Assembly: GCA_963664115.2 (NCBI GenBank)
Contig: CAXWPJ010000009.1
Coordinates: forward strand, 576,001 to 640,000
Direction of reading: 5' to 3'
DNA length: 64,000 nt
Origin: Terriglobia bacterium
GTDB taxonomy: Bacteria; Acidobacteriota; Terriglobia; 20CM-2-55-15
In this document: positions 40,277-50,179 of the stretch, in pieces
Numbering within the stretch: position 1 is the first letter of the stretch
How the letters are laid out: the number at the start of each line of letters is the position of its first letter
Notes under the pieces: model-generated
Databases searched by the model: none
What the model saw: the letters and a program-made list of their open reading frames with translations, nothing else
What the model was told of the DNA's origin: nothing
Position numbers and translations under genes: made by a program

Positions 40277-41270
40277 CTACATCGAAGGTCGCGAACGGCG
40301 CTGGCACCAGCGAGACTCGAATCGTTTACCCAAACCGTTCGAGTGGGGCATCGAGCATCTGAATCTCAAAAACGGATCCGACCCGAGGGTTGCTTTGGAG
40401 GAATTTGCGGACGAAGCTGTTCAGGACAGCGAACGCTTCTACGCCTATTCTCCTACTGAGGATTATCAGTTCGACGGCTACACGCTTCAGTTCCCGAGCG
40501 CGGTCAAAACACCCCACGGCGTCAATAATACCGTCTGGGGACGCTTCTTTCCGGCCGCAGGGCCACTGGCCGTCATCGTGTTGCCTCAGTGGAACGCCCA
40601 ATGGGGAAGCCACATCGGTCTGTGCCGCGTTCTCCAACGCTTTGGCATCACAACGCTACGGCTGAGCCTGCCTTACCACGACCATCGACGGCCTCGGGAA
40701 CTGGAGCGCGCCGAACCCCTCGTGGGCCCAAACGTCGGGCAGACCATGGCGACAACCCGGCAGGCAGTGCTCGACGTGCGGCGCTGTGCCGACTGGCTCG
40801 CGAACCGCGGATACGACAGGCTCGGCGTTCTGGGCACCAGTATCGGATCTTGCATCGGCTTTCTGGCAATGGCTCACGATCCGCGCCTCCAGTACAACGC
40901 GTTCATACACGTGTCGTCCTACTTCGCCGATGTGGTGTGGGAAGGACTCTCGACCGGCCACGTTCGAGAGTCTTTGGAATCCTCCCTCCGCTTGGAAGAA
41001 TTGCGGCGGTTCTGGGCGCCAATCAGTCCATACCCCTTCATTTCGCGGCTCAGCAACGCTCCAAGGCCGATGCTTGTGATTTCGGGACGATACGATCTGA
41101 GCTTCCCGTATCATCTTACGCGGAAGTCCTTTGAGGATTTTGACCGGCATAGAGTCCCCTACGAACGCGTACTTCTTCCCTGCGGGCACTACACCATGGC
41201 CCTGTTCCCTTTCAGAGAGATCGTTGGATTTCAGATTGTGAAGTTCTTCAGGCGGTACAGGGGCAGTTAA
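40266..41270 (+). CDS. Alpha/beta hydrolase
   Basis: GTSIG nucleophile elbow, Asp, PCGHY. Confidence 0.8.
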   Translation: MLRNYIEGRERRWHQRDSNRLPKPFEWGIEHLNLKNGSDPRVALEEFADEAVQDSERFYAYSPTEDYQFDGYTLQFPSAVKTPHGVNNTVWGRFFPAAGPLAVIVLPQWNAQWGSHIGLCRVLQRFGITTLRLSLPYHDHRRPRELERAEPLVGPNVGQTMATTRQAVLDVRRCADWLANRGYDRLGVLGTSIGSCIGFLAMAHDPRLQYNAFIHVSSYFADVVWEGLSTGHVRESLESSLRLEELRRFWAPISPYPFISRLSNAPRPMLVISGRYDLSFPYHLTRKSFEDFDRHRVPYERVLLPCGHYTMALFPFREIVGFQIVKFFRRYRGS

Positions 41271-41378
41271 GAATAGAATGAGAAATCAAAAGTTTCGAGT
41301 TATGAGATAAGGGATGGGGTTTGAAACTTCTGACGTTCAACCCTTAACTCCTGACTCTTAAGAGTACAATTCCTGGCC

Positions 41379-41513
41379 ATGACCTGTGATCTATGCAACG
41401 ACGATGATGGAAAAGGCACACACTATCACGCCTTCATAGACGGCAAGCATTACTGGATCTGCGGGCCTTGTAAAGAAAGGCTGAAGATCGAATCCGAACA
41501 CACCGACGAATAG
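41379..41513 (+). CDS. 44-aa CxxC...CxxC microprotein
   Basis: MTCDLCNDDDGKGTHYHAFIDGKHYWICGPCKERLKIESEHTDE; TACAAT 8 nt before ATG; below ORF-track cutoff. Confidence 0.6.
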   Translation: MTCDLCNDDDGKGTHYHAFIDGKHYWICGPCKERLKIESEHTDE

Positions 41514-41572
41514 TCCCGGGGCAGCGAAGACACGTGCTGCCCGTCGTTTACCTCTTTTCCATAAGATTTTTC

Positions 41573-41633
41573 ACCGCAAAGGCGCGAAGACGCAAAGGTG
41601 AATTTTCAACACGAAGACACGAAGGTGACGAAG
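41573..41633 (+). repeat. Degenerate short repeat tract (CGCAAAGG/CACGAAG units)
   Basis: ACCGCAAAGGCGCGAAGACGCAAAGG...ACACGAAGACACGAAGGTGACGAAG; same family as 25308-25437. Confidence 0.6.
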
Positions 41634-41754
41634 TCTATTTATCGCGGGGATCTGGGAAGAATATATTGACTGCGGAGATATGGAACAGCTTTCGAATCGT
41701 TCAGCGATACAAGGGACTCGTTTTTTGTCCGAGGCTCATCACGTGTCACTACAG

Positions 41755-42627
41755 TCAATCGCCTGCGGGATTCTCTGGGGAGTCGGCCGATTCCTCGGGG
41801 CCGTCGAGGAAGGCGATCGGAGCCCCGGTCTCTTCCAGGGTCTTCTCGGCAAGCGCCTTGGGCTCAAGTTGCTCGGCACTCGTGCTCAGGACAACGATGT
41901 CCACGCGGCGATTTAGTCCCCGACCCTCTCGGGTGTCGTTGGGCGCCACCGGACGGTACTCTCCGTAGCCCACGGCCGATAAGCGGCTGGGTGGAATCCC
42001 CCCCTGCGCAATCAGATATCGAAGAACGTTCGTTGCCCTCGACGTTGAGAACTCCCAGTTTGAAGGAAAGCGAGCAGTGCTGATCGGGATGTCATCGGTG
42101 TGTCCTTCGACGCGGAGGTCATACGGTAGATCGAGGAGCCTCGCGGCAATACCCTCGAGGGCTTCTAGAGCCTGCGCTTCGATCACTGCTGCACCCGGCG
42201 AGAAAAATCCCGCTTCGTTCAAACTAACAGTCAATCCGCGGGAATCAATGTTGAGGCGAACCTGCCCTTCCTCCACCTCCCTTTCGAGCATCTTCTCGAG
42301 ACGATCTTGTACCTGTTCCAACTCGTAGTCACCCTCCCCTTTTCCACCGCCCGGGCCGGGCATTATCACTATCGAGTCCAACATCGCACTCGCAGCAGCA
42401 TCTCCGTCCCCGAAGATAGCAACTGACGCAGCGGAGGGGCTAAAGATACCCAGCTCAGAGAAAGCAGCCTGGAAGGACCGCGCAACCTGGCCGGCTTTCG
42501 CCTCATCTTCATTTGAAGCCGCAAACATGACGACGAAGAACGCGAACAGGAGGGTGATGAAGTCGGCGTAGGACACCAACCACCGCTCGTGGTTGACGTG
42601 CTCCTCTTTCCTTTTGCGTCTCGCCAC
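41755..42627 (-). CDS. motB: Flagellar stator protein B
   Basis: WLVSYADFITLL; OmpA-like EGHTD...NRRV. Confidence 0.95.
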   Translation of the reverse strand: MARRKRKEEHVNHERWLVSYADFITLLFAFFVVMFAASNEDEAKAGQVARSFQAAFSELGIFSPSAASVAIFGDGDAAASAMLDSIVIMPGPGGGKGEGDYELEQVQDRLEKMLEREVEEGQVRLNIDSRGLTVSLNEAGFFSPGAAVIEAQALEALEGIAARLLDLPYDLRVEGHTDDIPISTARFPSNWEFSTSRATNVLRYLIAQGGIPPSRLSAVGYGEYRPVAPNDTREGRGLNRRVDIVVLSTSAEQLEPKALAEKTLEETGAPIAFLDGPEESADSPENPAGD

Positions 42628-42660
42628 TATCGCTCCTTTAATTACTCATACTGACTTGCG

Positions 42661-43431
42661 CTATTTCTTTTCCCGCATCTTCTGCAGTTCTTCGTCCAGG
42701 AAGGAAGACAGTTTTCCTTCAATCAAGCGGGGGTTCTGGCCCTCCAGAATACCCAGCGTTCCTTCAAGCATCATCTCTTTGATGATCATGCGTTTGCGGT
42801 GTTTGGCCTTCAGCTTCGCCGCAGCGGGCAGGAAGAAGATATTCGCCATGCCGACACCGTAGATGGTCGCCACGAAAGCCACAGCGATGCCGTGACCGAC
42901 TTCCTCGATGTCGTCCAGATGTTGCATCACCTGGATCAGCCCGAGCACCGCACCAATAATTCCAATCGTCGGTGCGTAACCACCTGCGGCTTCGAATATT
43001 TTAGCGGAAGTTTCGCCGCGCTCGTCCATGTAGCCCAGCTCGACCTCCATCGTCTCGCGGAGTTCGCTCGGCTCGCTGCCGTCAACCGCCATCATGATTG
43101 ATTTCTTGAAGAAAGGATCTTCCACATCGTTGCCATCTTTCTCCAGCGAGATGATCCCTTCGCGGCGCGCCTTGTTGGTGAAGCTGATGATTTGATCAAT
43201 GACCGCGTTCGGCTGAACGGTCTCTTCCTTGAAAACATAGATCAACTCACTCACTGCTCGTTTGAACGAGGACAGAGAAAAGCCGATCATGGTAGCCCCA
43301 ATCGTTCCGCCACCCACAATAAGTGCTGCGGTCGGTTGGATCATCTGAAAGATTGAACCACCTTCCAAGAACTGCCCGAACAAAATGCCAAACGTTGCTA
43401 CGGTTATGCCAAGTATCGTTCCAAGGTCCAT
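42661..43431 (-). CDS. motA: Flagellar stator protein A
   Basis: ARREG, APTIGIIGAVLGLI, AFVATIYG. Confidence 0.95.
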   Translation of the reverse strand: MDLGTILGITVATFGILFGQFLEGGSIFQMIQPTAALIVGGGTIGATMIGFSLSSFKRAVSELIYVFKEETVQPNAVIDQIISFTNKARREGIISLEKDGNDVEDPFFKKSIMMAVDGSEPSELRETMEVELGYMDERGETSAKIFEAAGGYAPTIGIIGAVLGLIQVMQHLDDIEEVGHGIAVAFVATIYGVGMANIFFLPAAAKLKAKHRKRMIIKEMMLEGTLGILEGQNPRLIEGKLSSFLDEELQKMREKK

Positions 43432-43504
43432 GGTTGTATTCCCTTACTACTGACGCCCATCTCCGGCCGCATCGGCCTGGATCCGGGTTAAAGAGCGATT
43501 CCTT

Positions 43505-43753
43505 TCACTCTCCAACGGTTTCGAGTTCCTCCATTTTTTCCTCTTCCGATCGCATATATACGTTGATTCCAGAGGAATTAATTGCTTTTCTGTATTCAAT
43601 CACTTTGCTGACGATCTCATAAGGCCGGTCTGCAACAACGAGCTTCTCTCCTGTAGTCAGGGAAATCACCGTGTCGGACTCACCCTCGATCGTCTTTATG
43701 AGCTCACAGTTGACCACCATTTCTTTCTTATTGATCCTACTGACCGTGATCAC
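43505..43753 (-). CDS. flbD: Flagellar FlbD family protein
   Basis: MITVSRIN...VNCELIKTIE..DTVISLTTG; upstream of motA. Confidence 0.88.
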   Translation of the reverse strand: MITVSRINKKEMVVNCELIKTIEGESDTVISLTTGEKLVVADRPYEIVSKVIEYRKAINSSGINVYMRSEEEKMEELETVGE

Positions 43754-43811
43754 GCTTTACCTCCCGCGTAGAAGTGCGACGGGCACATGTGGTCCGTCCC
43801 CTACATTCCAC

Positions 43812-43840
43812 TCATCGGCCGGAGAGTGGGGTTACTACAG
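43812..43840 (-). promoter_or_regulatory. Possible sigma28 promoter for flbD-motAB
   Basis: CTGTAG-N15-GCCGATGA, same spacing as the three flagellin-locus promoters; weak -35. Confidence 0.4.
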
Positions 43841-44061
43841 GATTAATTATCGAAATCGAAAGCCCGGGGTTTCACGAATTAAATGAAGTTCTTAGGCTAT
43901 TGCAATTCGGGGGAGGGGAACCGGATCTGCCGGCCTGATGTGCAGGTTGGTTTGAAATCAAAAGGTTGATCAGAGCAATTCGCAAAGGGCTGAGGGCTTC
44001 CTTATTTCACTAGATCCGCGTAATCGGCCAATCTGCCCCGATTCGCGTAGTTCGCGGCTGA

Positions 44062-44763
44062 TCAGACTGCGGCTGTGGGGCTGAGGTCCTGTGCCTGTTG
44101 AATGAGAGCTGGAAGATCGAATTCCATGCCGCCCAGATTCCGGGCCACCTCCTGCACCCGCAGGTAATCGGGCAGCTCGTCCACGGTGAGACTCAATTCC
44201 GGGCACTTACAGGTGGGTCGGGGTTCGAGAAAGATTCCACCGGTTTGAAACGGGTTCTCTTTGGCATAGAGCGTCACATGCTCCCTCCAACGTTTTTCGT
44301 GAGCGGTTGCCGCCATTCTTGCCAGAAGCTTTCGCGTCAGGGCCTCGCCTGTCGTTCCGACGGGAAGCCCGTTTTCGATGACGTACTCGGCGCCGGTCTC
44401 CACAATATGATTCACGACGCGATCGATACTTTCAGGGTCCGTAAAAGGATTATCAGCAGTCACCCGGACGATGATGGCCGCGTCGGTCACTGTCGCGGCC
44501 CCAAGGTAGCGATCGAGCACGTCGTGCTCGCTTCCACGGAAACATTCAATACCGTGGCGGAGGCATTCCTCAACGATGATGTCGTCCCCAGGATGAACGG
44601 TGGTCGCGACGACCACATGATCCAGGCACTTGGTCTGACGCAGACGCTCGACCAGATAAGTCAATATGGATCGGCCATGGAGGGTCAACAGGACCTTACC
44701 CGGCAGACGGGTCGATCCCATCCGGGCCTGCACAATGGCAACAGTTCGCGGTTTTACTGCCAC
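44062..44763 (-). CDS. SpsF/PseF-like cytidylyltransferase
   Basis: IVQARMGSTRLPGKV, GSEHDVLDRY, RVTADNP, REHVT, LTVD. Confidence 0.88.
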   Translation of the reverse strand: MAVKPRTVAIVQARMGSTRLPGKVLLTLHGRSILTYLVERLRQTKCLDHVVVATTVHPGDDIIVEECLRHGIECFRGSEHDVLDRYLGAATVTDAAIIVRVTADNPFTDPESIDRVVNHIVETGAEYVIENGLPVGTTGEALTRKLLARMAATAHEKRWREHVTLYAKENPFQTGGIFLEPRPTCKCPELSLTVDELPDYLRVQEVARNLGGMEFDLPALIQQAQDLSPTAAV

Positions 44764-46466
44764 GCCTTCCCGCCCGGAGACGCACCCAAAGTGGTTTCGA
44801 CCGCAGCAACGAGTTCCCCGATCCGGAAGGGCTTGGCAAGGCATGCAACGCCTGAGCTCGCGATAAATTCCTTCATTTCCCGGCTCGCAACATCCCCGGT
44901 GAGCAGGAGCACCCCGGTAGTCTTGCCCTCCGAACGCATCCATTCAATAAGCTCTCGACCACCGATTCCAGGCATCCGTAAATCACTGACGACCAAATCG
45001 AATTCCTTTTGCTGAAGCTGGGCTATGGCTTCCTCGCCGGAACCCACACATTCGACTTCACAGTCCGCGTTTGATAAGACGGCCTCCACAAGATCCAGAA
45101 TGTGGTGTTCGTCATCAGCGACAAGGATGCGACTTGGTCTTTCGTCACCGACCTCCGATTCCGGGTTGATCTCTTCTATTGGGAAACTCAGGCTGAACGT
45201 TGTCCCCCGGCCTTCGTCGCTGACGACAGAAATCTCTCCCTTGTTGGCTTCGACAAGTTGGCGCGAAAGGCTCAGTCCCAGACCCGTCCCGGTTTCCTTC
45301 GTGGTAAAAAAGGGCTCGAATATCTTGGCAATGTCGCCCTGGCCCAGACCGGGCCCATCGTCTTGAATGTGGATTAAGACGCGGTCTCCAGAAACCTCGG
45401 TTGATACGTCAACGACACCCTCGCCACGATCTTCTTCAATGGCCTGTACGGCGTTCGTCACGACATTCAGCAAAACCTGAGTGAATTCACAGGGATTGAC
45501 TGAAATTGCGGGGCGCTTCGGAGACAGATTCAATCCTATATTGACCGTGTTCAACGGCAGTTGATACGCCGCGAGCTCCAGAGTTTCTCTAACAGTCGAA
45601 TTCAGATCGATGATCTCAATGTCTGTTTTTCCAGGACGCGAAATGCGCAGTACATTCCGGACGATGCGTGCGCAACGCTCAGTTTCTGAAACAATTCGGC
45701 CGAGATTCTTCTTGTTTCCCTTGTCCGTGCGGGCCAGCAACTGGGCGAAGCCGAGGATGGTCGTCAAGGGATTATTCAACTCATGGACAATTCCCGCCAG
45801 TAGCTTGCCGACCGCAGACATCTTCTCGGATTGGGAAAGCCGGCTCTGATAGTCCCCGACTTGCTTGCTCAAGGCGGTTTGCTCGAGCTTGAGTGCGTCA
45901 AAACGACGGGTACGTTCAAGGGCCGCGGCAATATGCTCGGCCGCAGTCGAGACGATCTCTTCATCCTGATCAGAAAAAACCCCGGGCGCCGGGCTGCTGA
46001 GGTTGACAACGCCCACCACCCTTCCAGCGGTTTGCAGCGGAAAACTGATGAGCGAGTTGACGATGCCGGCGGATCCCGCACCTAATGCGAATCGCTCGTC
46101 CTTCGACGCCTCTTCGAGGCGGACGGGTTCGCACTGTGCCGCCACCCACCGAGTGACGCCATTGCCTCCATCCGGTGACATGATCGAATCGCTCTGAGAC
46201 AGCCCAGGATTGATAGCGGCCTCAGTCTGGCTTCCCACAACATCCAGAATTCCTGTATGTTCGTCGAGGAGCAACAACGAACAACTTTCCGCCGCCGTGT
46301 TTTCCAGAAGGAGACTGGCGACAAAATCGCCGGTCTCTCGAACGGATTCGGCGCGGATCAACCCCCGCATCAATCGGTCCATAAAATCATCCCTTCCACT
46401 ACGGGAAATAAGCCAGGCCGGTGCCTCGATTTCAGGTGTCGATTGGAGAAAGTGAGAAGACATCAA
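44754..46466 (-). CDS. Hybrid sensor histidine kinase (GAF-HisKA-HATPase-REC)
   Basis: HELNNPLT, DDGPG, FFTTK.TGTGLGL, receiver DDE...D..MP...KPF. Confidence 0.92.
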   Translation of the reverse strand: MMSSHFLQSTPEIEAPAWLISRSGRDDFMDRLMRGLIRAESVRETGDFVASLLLENTAAESCSLLLLDEHTGILDVVGSQTEAAINPGLSQSDSIMSPDGGNGVTRWVAAQCEPVRLEEASKDERFALGAGSAGIVNSLISFPLQTAGRVVGVVNLSSPAPGVFSDQDEEIVSTAAEHIAAALERTRRFDALKLEQTALSKQVGDYQSRLSQSEKMSAVGKLLAGIVHELNNPLTTILGFAQLLARTDKGNKKNLGRIVSETERCARIVRNVLRISRPGKTDIEIIDLNSTVRETLELAAYQLPLNTVNIGLNLSPKRPAISVNPCEFTQVLLNVVTNAVQAIEEDRGEGVVDVSTEVSGDRVLIHIQDDGPGLGQGDIAKIFEPFFTTKETGTGLGLSLSRQLVEANKGEISVVSDEGRGTTFSLSFPIEEINPESEVGDERPSRILVADDEHHILDLVEAVLSNADCEVECVGSGEEAIAQLQQKEFDLVVSDLRMPGIGGRELIEWMRSEGKTTGVLLLTGDVASREMKEFIASSGVACLAKPFRIGELVAAVETTLGASPGGKAWQ

Positions 46467-46550
46467 ATGTTCGTTGTAATCAATCGATGACGCTTTAAAT
46501 CTTGATCTCAGCTTTGAGCTTCGGGTGAAATTCCGCCTGATCGCAGATCG

Positions 46551-47588
46551 CTAATTGATGAATGCGGTCAGAGACTTCGTTCGCGCAAACCGGCCTCGCG
46601 GTGCGCGGTTCCGCGTAATCTTCAACTCTTCCTCGCTCGCAAACAGGCTTTCCTCGAAACTCATCATGGTCAAATCTTTCTGAAATTTCCCAAGCTGGGA
46701 CGGGATGGATCGGCCACCCCTCATCTGGACGAGCCATGTGGCGAAATCCGCTCCGGAAGCAATTGTCAAAGGAATCCCTCCAGAAAATCGAGGATTCACT
46801 TCGATCAGGCTCACCGTGTGACCATCCCATTTGCATTGGATATTCGCCGCACCTACGATCCCCAGGCTTTCGGCGACGTTAGCGGCAAATTCCATAACTT
46901 GCTTGTGGTTCCGCGTGGTCCCTTTGTCGCTCACGCCCGCCCGTATCACCAGCCGTTCACGAGGTACTATAGACATCACCCGTCCTTCGAAGTCGGCGCA
47001 TACGTCGACCGTAAACTCCGCCCCCTCCAGGTAGTCCTGCACGACCGCGTCGGGCACGTACCGGCAGAAAAAGCGAAGCTGTTCTTCGTTGTGAGCTTCA
47101 AACACCTGAACACTTCCACGCCCACTTCTCGGTTTGACGACAACCGGATAGGTGATCTGTTCGAAATCGACGTCCGCGGCCAAACGCGTCGCCGGAGTTT
47201 CGATCCCGTTCATGAGCGCGAACTCATACATGCGGTACTTGTCGTTGGAGATCTCGGTCGTTTCTTCACTCGAAACCGACACCCAAACATCGTTTTGTTC
47301 AAAGCGCGCTCGGTTTCGGGCGAAGATCGGCAGTTCAACGTCGATCGTCGGAATGATCAGGTGAACGTTCTCAACATCGCAAATGCTCTCAATGATCGGA
47401 ATGTATTCGGGATCACTCGTCAGGGGCACGATGTGATTGCGATGGCCGAAGTAGAGAGCCGGAGACATCGAGTTAATGTCGGTGGTAATCACCCTACCTT
47501 TTCCGAAGCGCTCAACAGCCCTCCGAAAAGCCCTTACCAGACCGACACGACGTGAAGCAGCCGTGATGAGAACGTTTACAGATTTCAT
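46551..47588 (-). CDS. ATP-grasp domain protein
   Basis: DKY, VVKPRSGRGS, QDYLEG.EFTVD, IEVNPRFSGG. Confidence 0.85.
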   Translation of the reverse strand: MKSVNVLITAASRRVGLVRAFRRAVERFGKGRVITTDINSMSPALYFGHRNHIVPLTSDPEYIPIIESICDVENVHLIIPTIDVELPIFARNRARFEQNDVWVSVSSEETTEISNDKYRMYEFALMNGIETPATRLAADVDFEQITYPVVVKPRSGRGSVQVFEAHNEEQLRFFCRYVPDAVVQDYLEGAEFTVDVCADFEGRVMSIVPRERLVIRAGVSDKGTTRNHKQVMEFAANVAESLGIVGAANIQCKWDGHTVSLIEVNPRFSGGIPLTIASGADFATWLVQMRGGRSIPSQLGKFQKDLTMMSFEESLFASEEELKITRNRAPRGRFARTKSLTAFIN

Positions 47589-48628
47589 CCGATGGCATCC
47601 CACTGTACGGGCGCGTTTTCATCTATGGCGTTTCGCGCCTCGCGGCCCACGACATCATCCACGTGCTCCGGGGAGATCCCGACGGCAGGTCGAAGGGCAT
47701 ACAACATGTCCCTGGAAATCGTCTCTCCCGACGCGATCGGACGTTTTGCGTAAAGCGAACGACGGGACGCCGTCAGGTTCTGGCTCTCAGTTTCGGTGAC
47801 AAACTTGTCGCGCCGACCCAAAATCGGGCCAATCGCACGCAGTTCTTCGATATGTGTGCGCAATTGCTTGGTGTCGAACGAGACAGCGCGATCGGGGACA
47901 TCCCCTCGCGTGTCGAGCATGAAGTGGCGCTCGATGACCTGAGCACCCAGGGAGACGGCGATAATGGAGCCCATGCTATCCACGCTGTGATCGGAAAAAC
48001 CGACAGGCAGACCGAATCGATCCCGCAGGAACTCGATCGATTTCAGGTTCAACTCTTCCGGCTTGGGCGGATAAGCCGAGACGCAGTGCAGCAGGATGAT
48101 CTGGTGATTCTCCTCGGTGTATATCCAATCAATCGCTTTCTCGATCTCCTCGGACGAGCTCATCCCCGTCGACAACAGAACCGGTTTGCCCTTTCGAGCG
48201 ATATGTTTGACCAGAGGGCTGTGCGTGATGTCGCCTGAGGCTATCTTGAATGCCCCGACACCAAGTTCCTCTAAAAAGTCAGCACTCTCTTCATCGAACG
48301 GGGTGGAAAGAAACTCGATTCCCAATCGCTTCGCCTCGCTGTGTATCGTGCGAAAATCGTCGAAGCTCAGTTCCAGTTTCTTGAACAAGTCCTGCAGATC
48401 GACATCTTTGGTATGGGTGAGTTGCGCTCTCGTCTTGGAGTTGAGCTTGTCGGCTCTAAACGTTTGAAACTTGATCGCGTCGGCTCCGGCCCATTTCGCC
48501 CCGCGCACCATGGCCATCGCTTTCTCTTTGGAGCCCCCATGGTTGAGGCCGGCCTCGGCTACAAAGAACGTCTCGGCGGACTCGTTCTGCAAAAGGTCGA
48601 ACAGGTTAACTGTTACATTGTTAGACAT
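47585..48628 (-). CDS. NeuB/PseI-family nonulosonic acid synthase with SAF domain
   Basis: AEAGLNHGG, KFQTF, KIASGD, LHCVSAYP, GFSDH. Confidence 0.92.
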   Translation of the reverse strand: MSNNVTVNLFDLLQNESAETFFVAEAGLNHGGSKEKAMAMVRGAKWAGADAIKFQTFRADKLNSKTRAQLTHTKDVDLQDLFKKLELSFDDFRTIHSEAKRLGIEFLSTPFDEESADFLEELGVGAFKIASGDITHSPLVKHIARKGKPVLLSTGMSSSEEIEKAIDWIYTEENHQIILLHCVSAYPPKPEELNLKSIEFLRDRFGLPVGFSDHSVDSMGSIIAVSLGAQVIERHFMLDTRGDVPDRAVSFDTKQLRTHIEELRAIGPILGRRDKFVTETESQNLTASRRSLYAKRPIASGETISRDMLYALRPAVGISPEHVDDVVGREARNAIDENAPVQWDAIG

Positions 48629-49560
48629 AATTCTCTCCTAACGATTTCTCTGACTCGGAACAATCCCTGACCGTCGACCAGTCTGCGACCGGTTTCAGTA
48701 AGGTGACGCATCAGCGATGGGGTTTTGCGCATCTCCATTGCACGGTCGACAACTTCATCTGGATGAAGCACAGACATTTCGCCGGCGCTTCGGACAGCGC
48801 CTCTCTCTTCAAAAGCATTCGCCGTCTTGAGTTGGAGTTTATCGACGCTGAGCGCTATCGTAGGCACACCCGCCGCCAACATTTCATAAAGTGAAATTCC
48901 CGCGTTTGTAATCGCCAACAGACAACTGGATACAGCTTTTTGAATTTCGTCGCGACTGCGAATCCAACGAACCGCCGGGTTGGGCAAAGCCGAAAACTTT
49001 CGATCAAAGCCTTGGGTTGCACAGACCCGGAGACCTCGATCGCTAAGCGCATCTGCCACAGCGATTAGATACTCGGAATGGATTCCACCGCCAAGGGTTA
49101 GGAAGATCTCGTCACCCGTTTCGCCACGCTGGGGGGACCGGGGATCGACGACCGTGTAGTCCGGTCCCACGAACATCTTCCGGTCGGGATGCTTAGAATA
49201 GGGAACGATTTGAGTGATGCTGCCATCGATAACGACGTCAGATTCACACTGAGCCAATCCCAGATCACGGATGCTGATATGGCGGCAGCCCTGGCTCCTG
49301 ATAGTTTCGGTAACCGGGTGCGCGCGGCAAAGATCGCTTACAGTGATAGGCGGAAACCGGCCATCGAACTGAACCCTATGTTCGCGTTCGGAAAGGAACT
49401 GGGCACAGGGCACCGATAGAGGATAAAAGCTCACCGTCACGTCGGGATTCAAACCTTCCGCAATGCGAAGGCAACGGACGACATGTCCGTAGCCCACCTC
49501 GGGCCCCGCGTCCACGACGAATCCGATATCGGCTGCCTTGATTCTAGTTAACGTGGCCAC
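48613..49560 (-). CDS. PseG/SpsG-like nucleotide-sugar hydrolase (GT-B fold)
   Basis: DAGPEVGYGHVVRC, LTLGGG, AITNAGISLYE..A.GVP. Confidence 0.78.
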   Translation of the reverse strand: MATLTRIKAADIGFVVDAGPEVGYGHVVRCLRIAEGLNPDVTVSFYPLSVPCAQFLSEREHRVQFDGRFPPITVSDLCRAHPVTETIRSQGCRHISIRDLGLAQCESDVVIDGSITQIVPYSKHPDRKMFVGPDYTVVDPRSPQRGETGDEIFLTLGGGIHSEYLIAVADALSDRGLRVCATQGFDRKFSALPNPAVRWIRSRDEIQKAVSSCLLAITNAGISLYEMLAAGVPTIALSVDKLQLKTANAFEERGAVRSAGEMSVLHPDEVVDRAMEMRKTPSLMRHLTETGRRLVDGQGLFRVREIVRRELCLTM

Positions 49561-50134
49561 GTGTCCTCTTAACCAAACTCTTCCATCCATCCAACACTGG
49601 GGCGATCTCATATTCCAGAACGTCGCAGACAGAAATCCAGAATCCGTTCTCCTGCGCAGAAATCAGTTCGCCTAAAGCTTGCTCCAGGGAGGCGATCAGG
49701 GCTGGCCGGGAATCTCCGCTCTCCTCATGGACCCAGCCCAAATCCTCCGAAAAAATACTGAACAGGACGGCAAGTGACTCCAGATACTGCGATAGCGCCT
49801 GGTAGGCCTGCTCCTGATCGCGGCTTTCGAACAGGCGAACAATCGCAGCGCCGGCTTCAGCGACCTGATCCAGTTCGCGATCCAGTTCCCCCAGTGCCTC
49901 GACCACGACACTGTCAAAGTCTCCACTTTCGATGTCAATCTGCTCCAGACCGTGGAGATCTTGGCCGCAAATTGTGCTGTCGCGGTAGCTCAATGTTTCC
50001 TGGGCGTCGAAATTTACACTCGTAATGCATTGACCTGCACTGAGATAGTCAGTCTCGAGCCAATCCAACAGCTCACCCCAGGTCGAGAGTTGCCCAGGCA
50101 CGTCGACGGGGTCCTGATTTAACCGGATGTTCAT
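49544..50134 (-). CDS. Hypothetical protein of the flagellin-glycosylation locus
   Basis: Acidic and helical; C-terminal 'D.LEYE..P'; operon-coupled. Confidence 0.65.
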   Translation of the reverse strand: MNIRLNQDPVDVPGQLSTWGELLDWLETDYLSAGQCITSVNFDAQETLSYRDSTICGQDLHGLEQIDIESGDFDSVVVEALGELDRELDQVAEAGAAIVRLFESRDQEQAYQALSQYLESLAVLFSIFSEDLGWVHEESGDSRPALIASLEQALGELISAQENGFWISVCDVLEYEIAPVLDGWKSLVKRTRGHVN

Positions 50135-50179
50135 CTTATGACTCCACTCGGAAGATTGATGACGGTCATGATTCCGACG

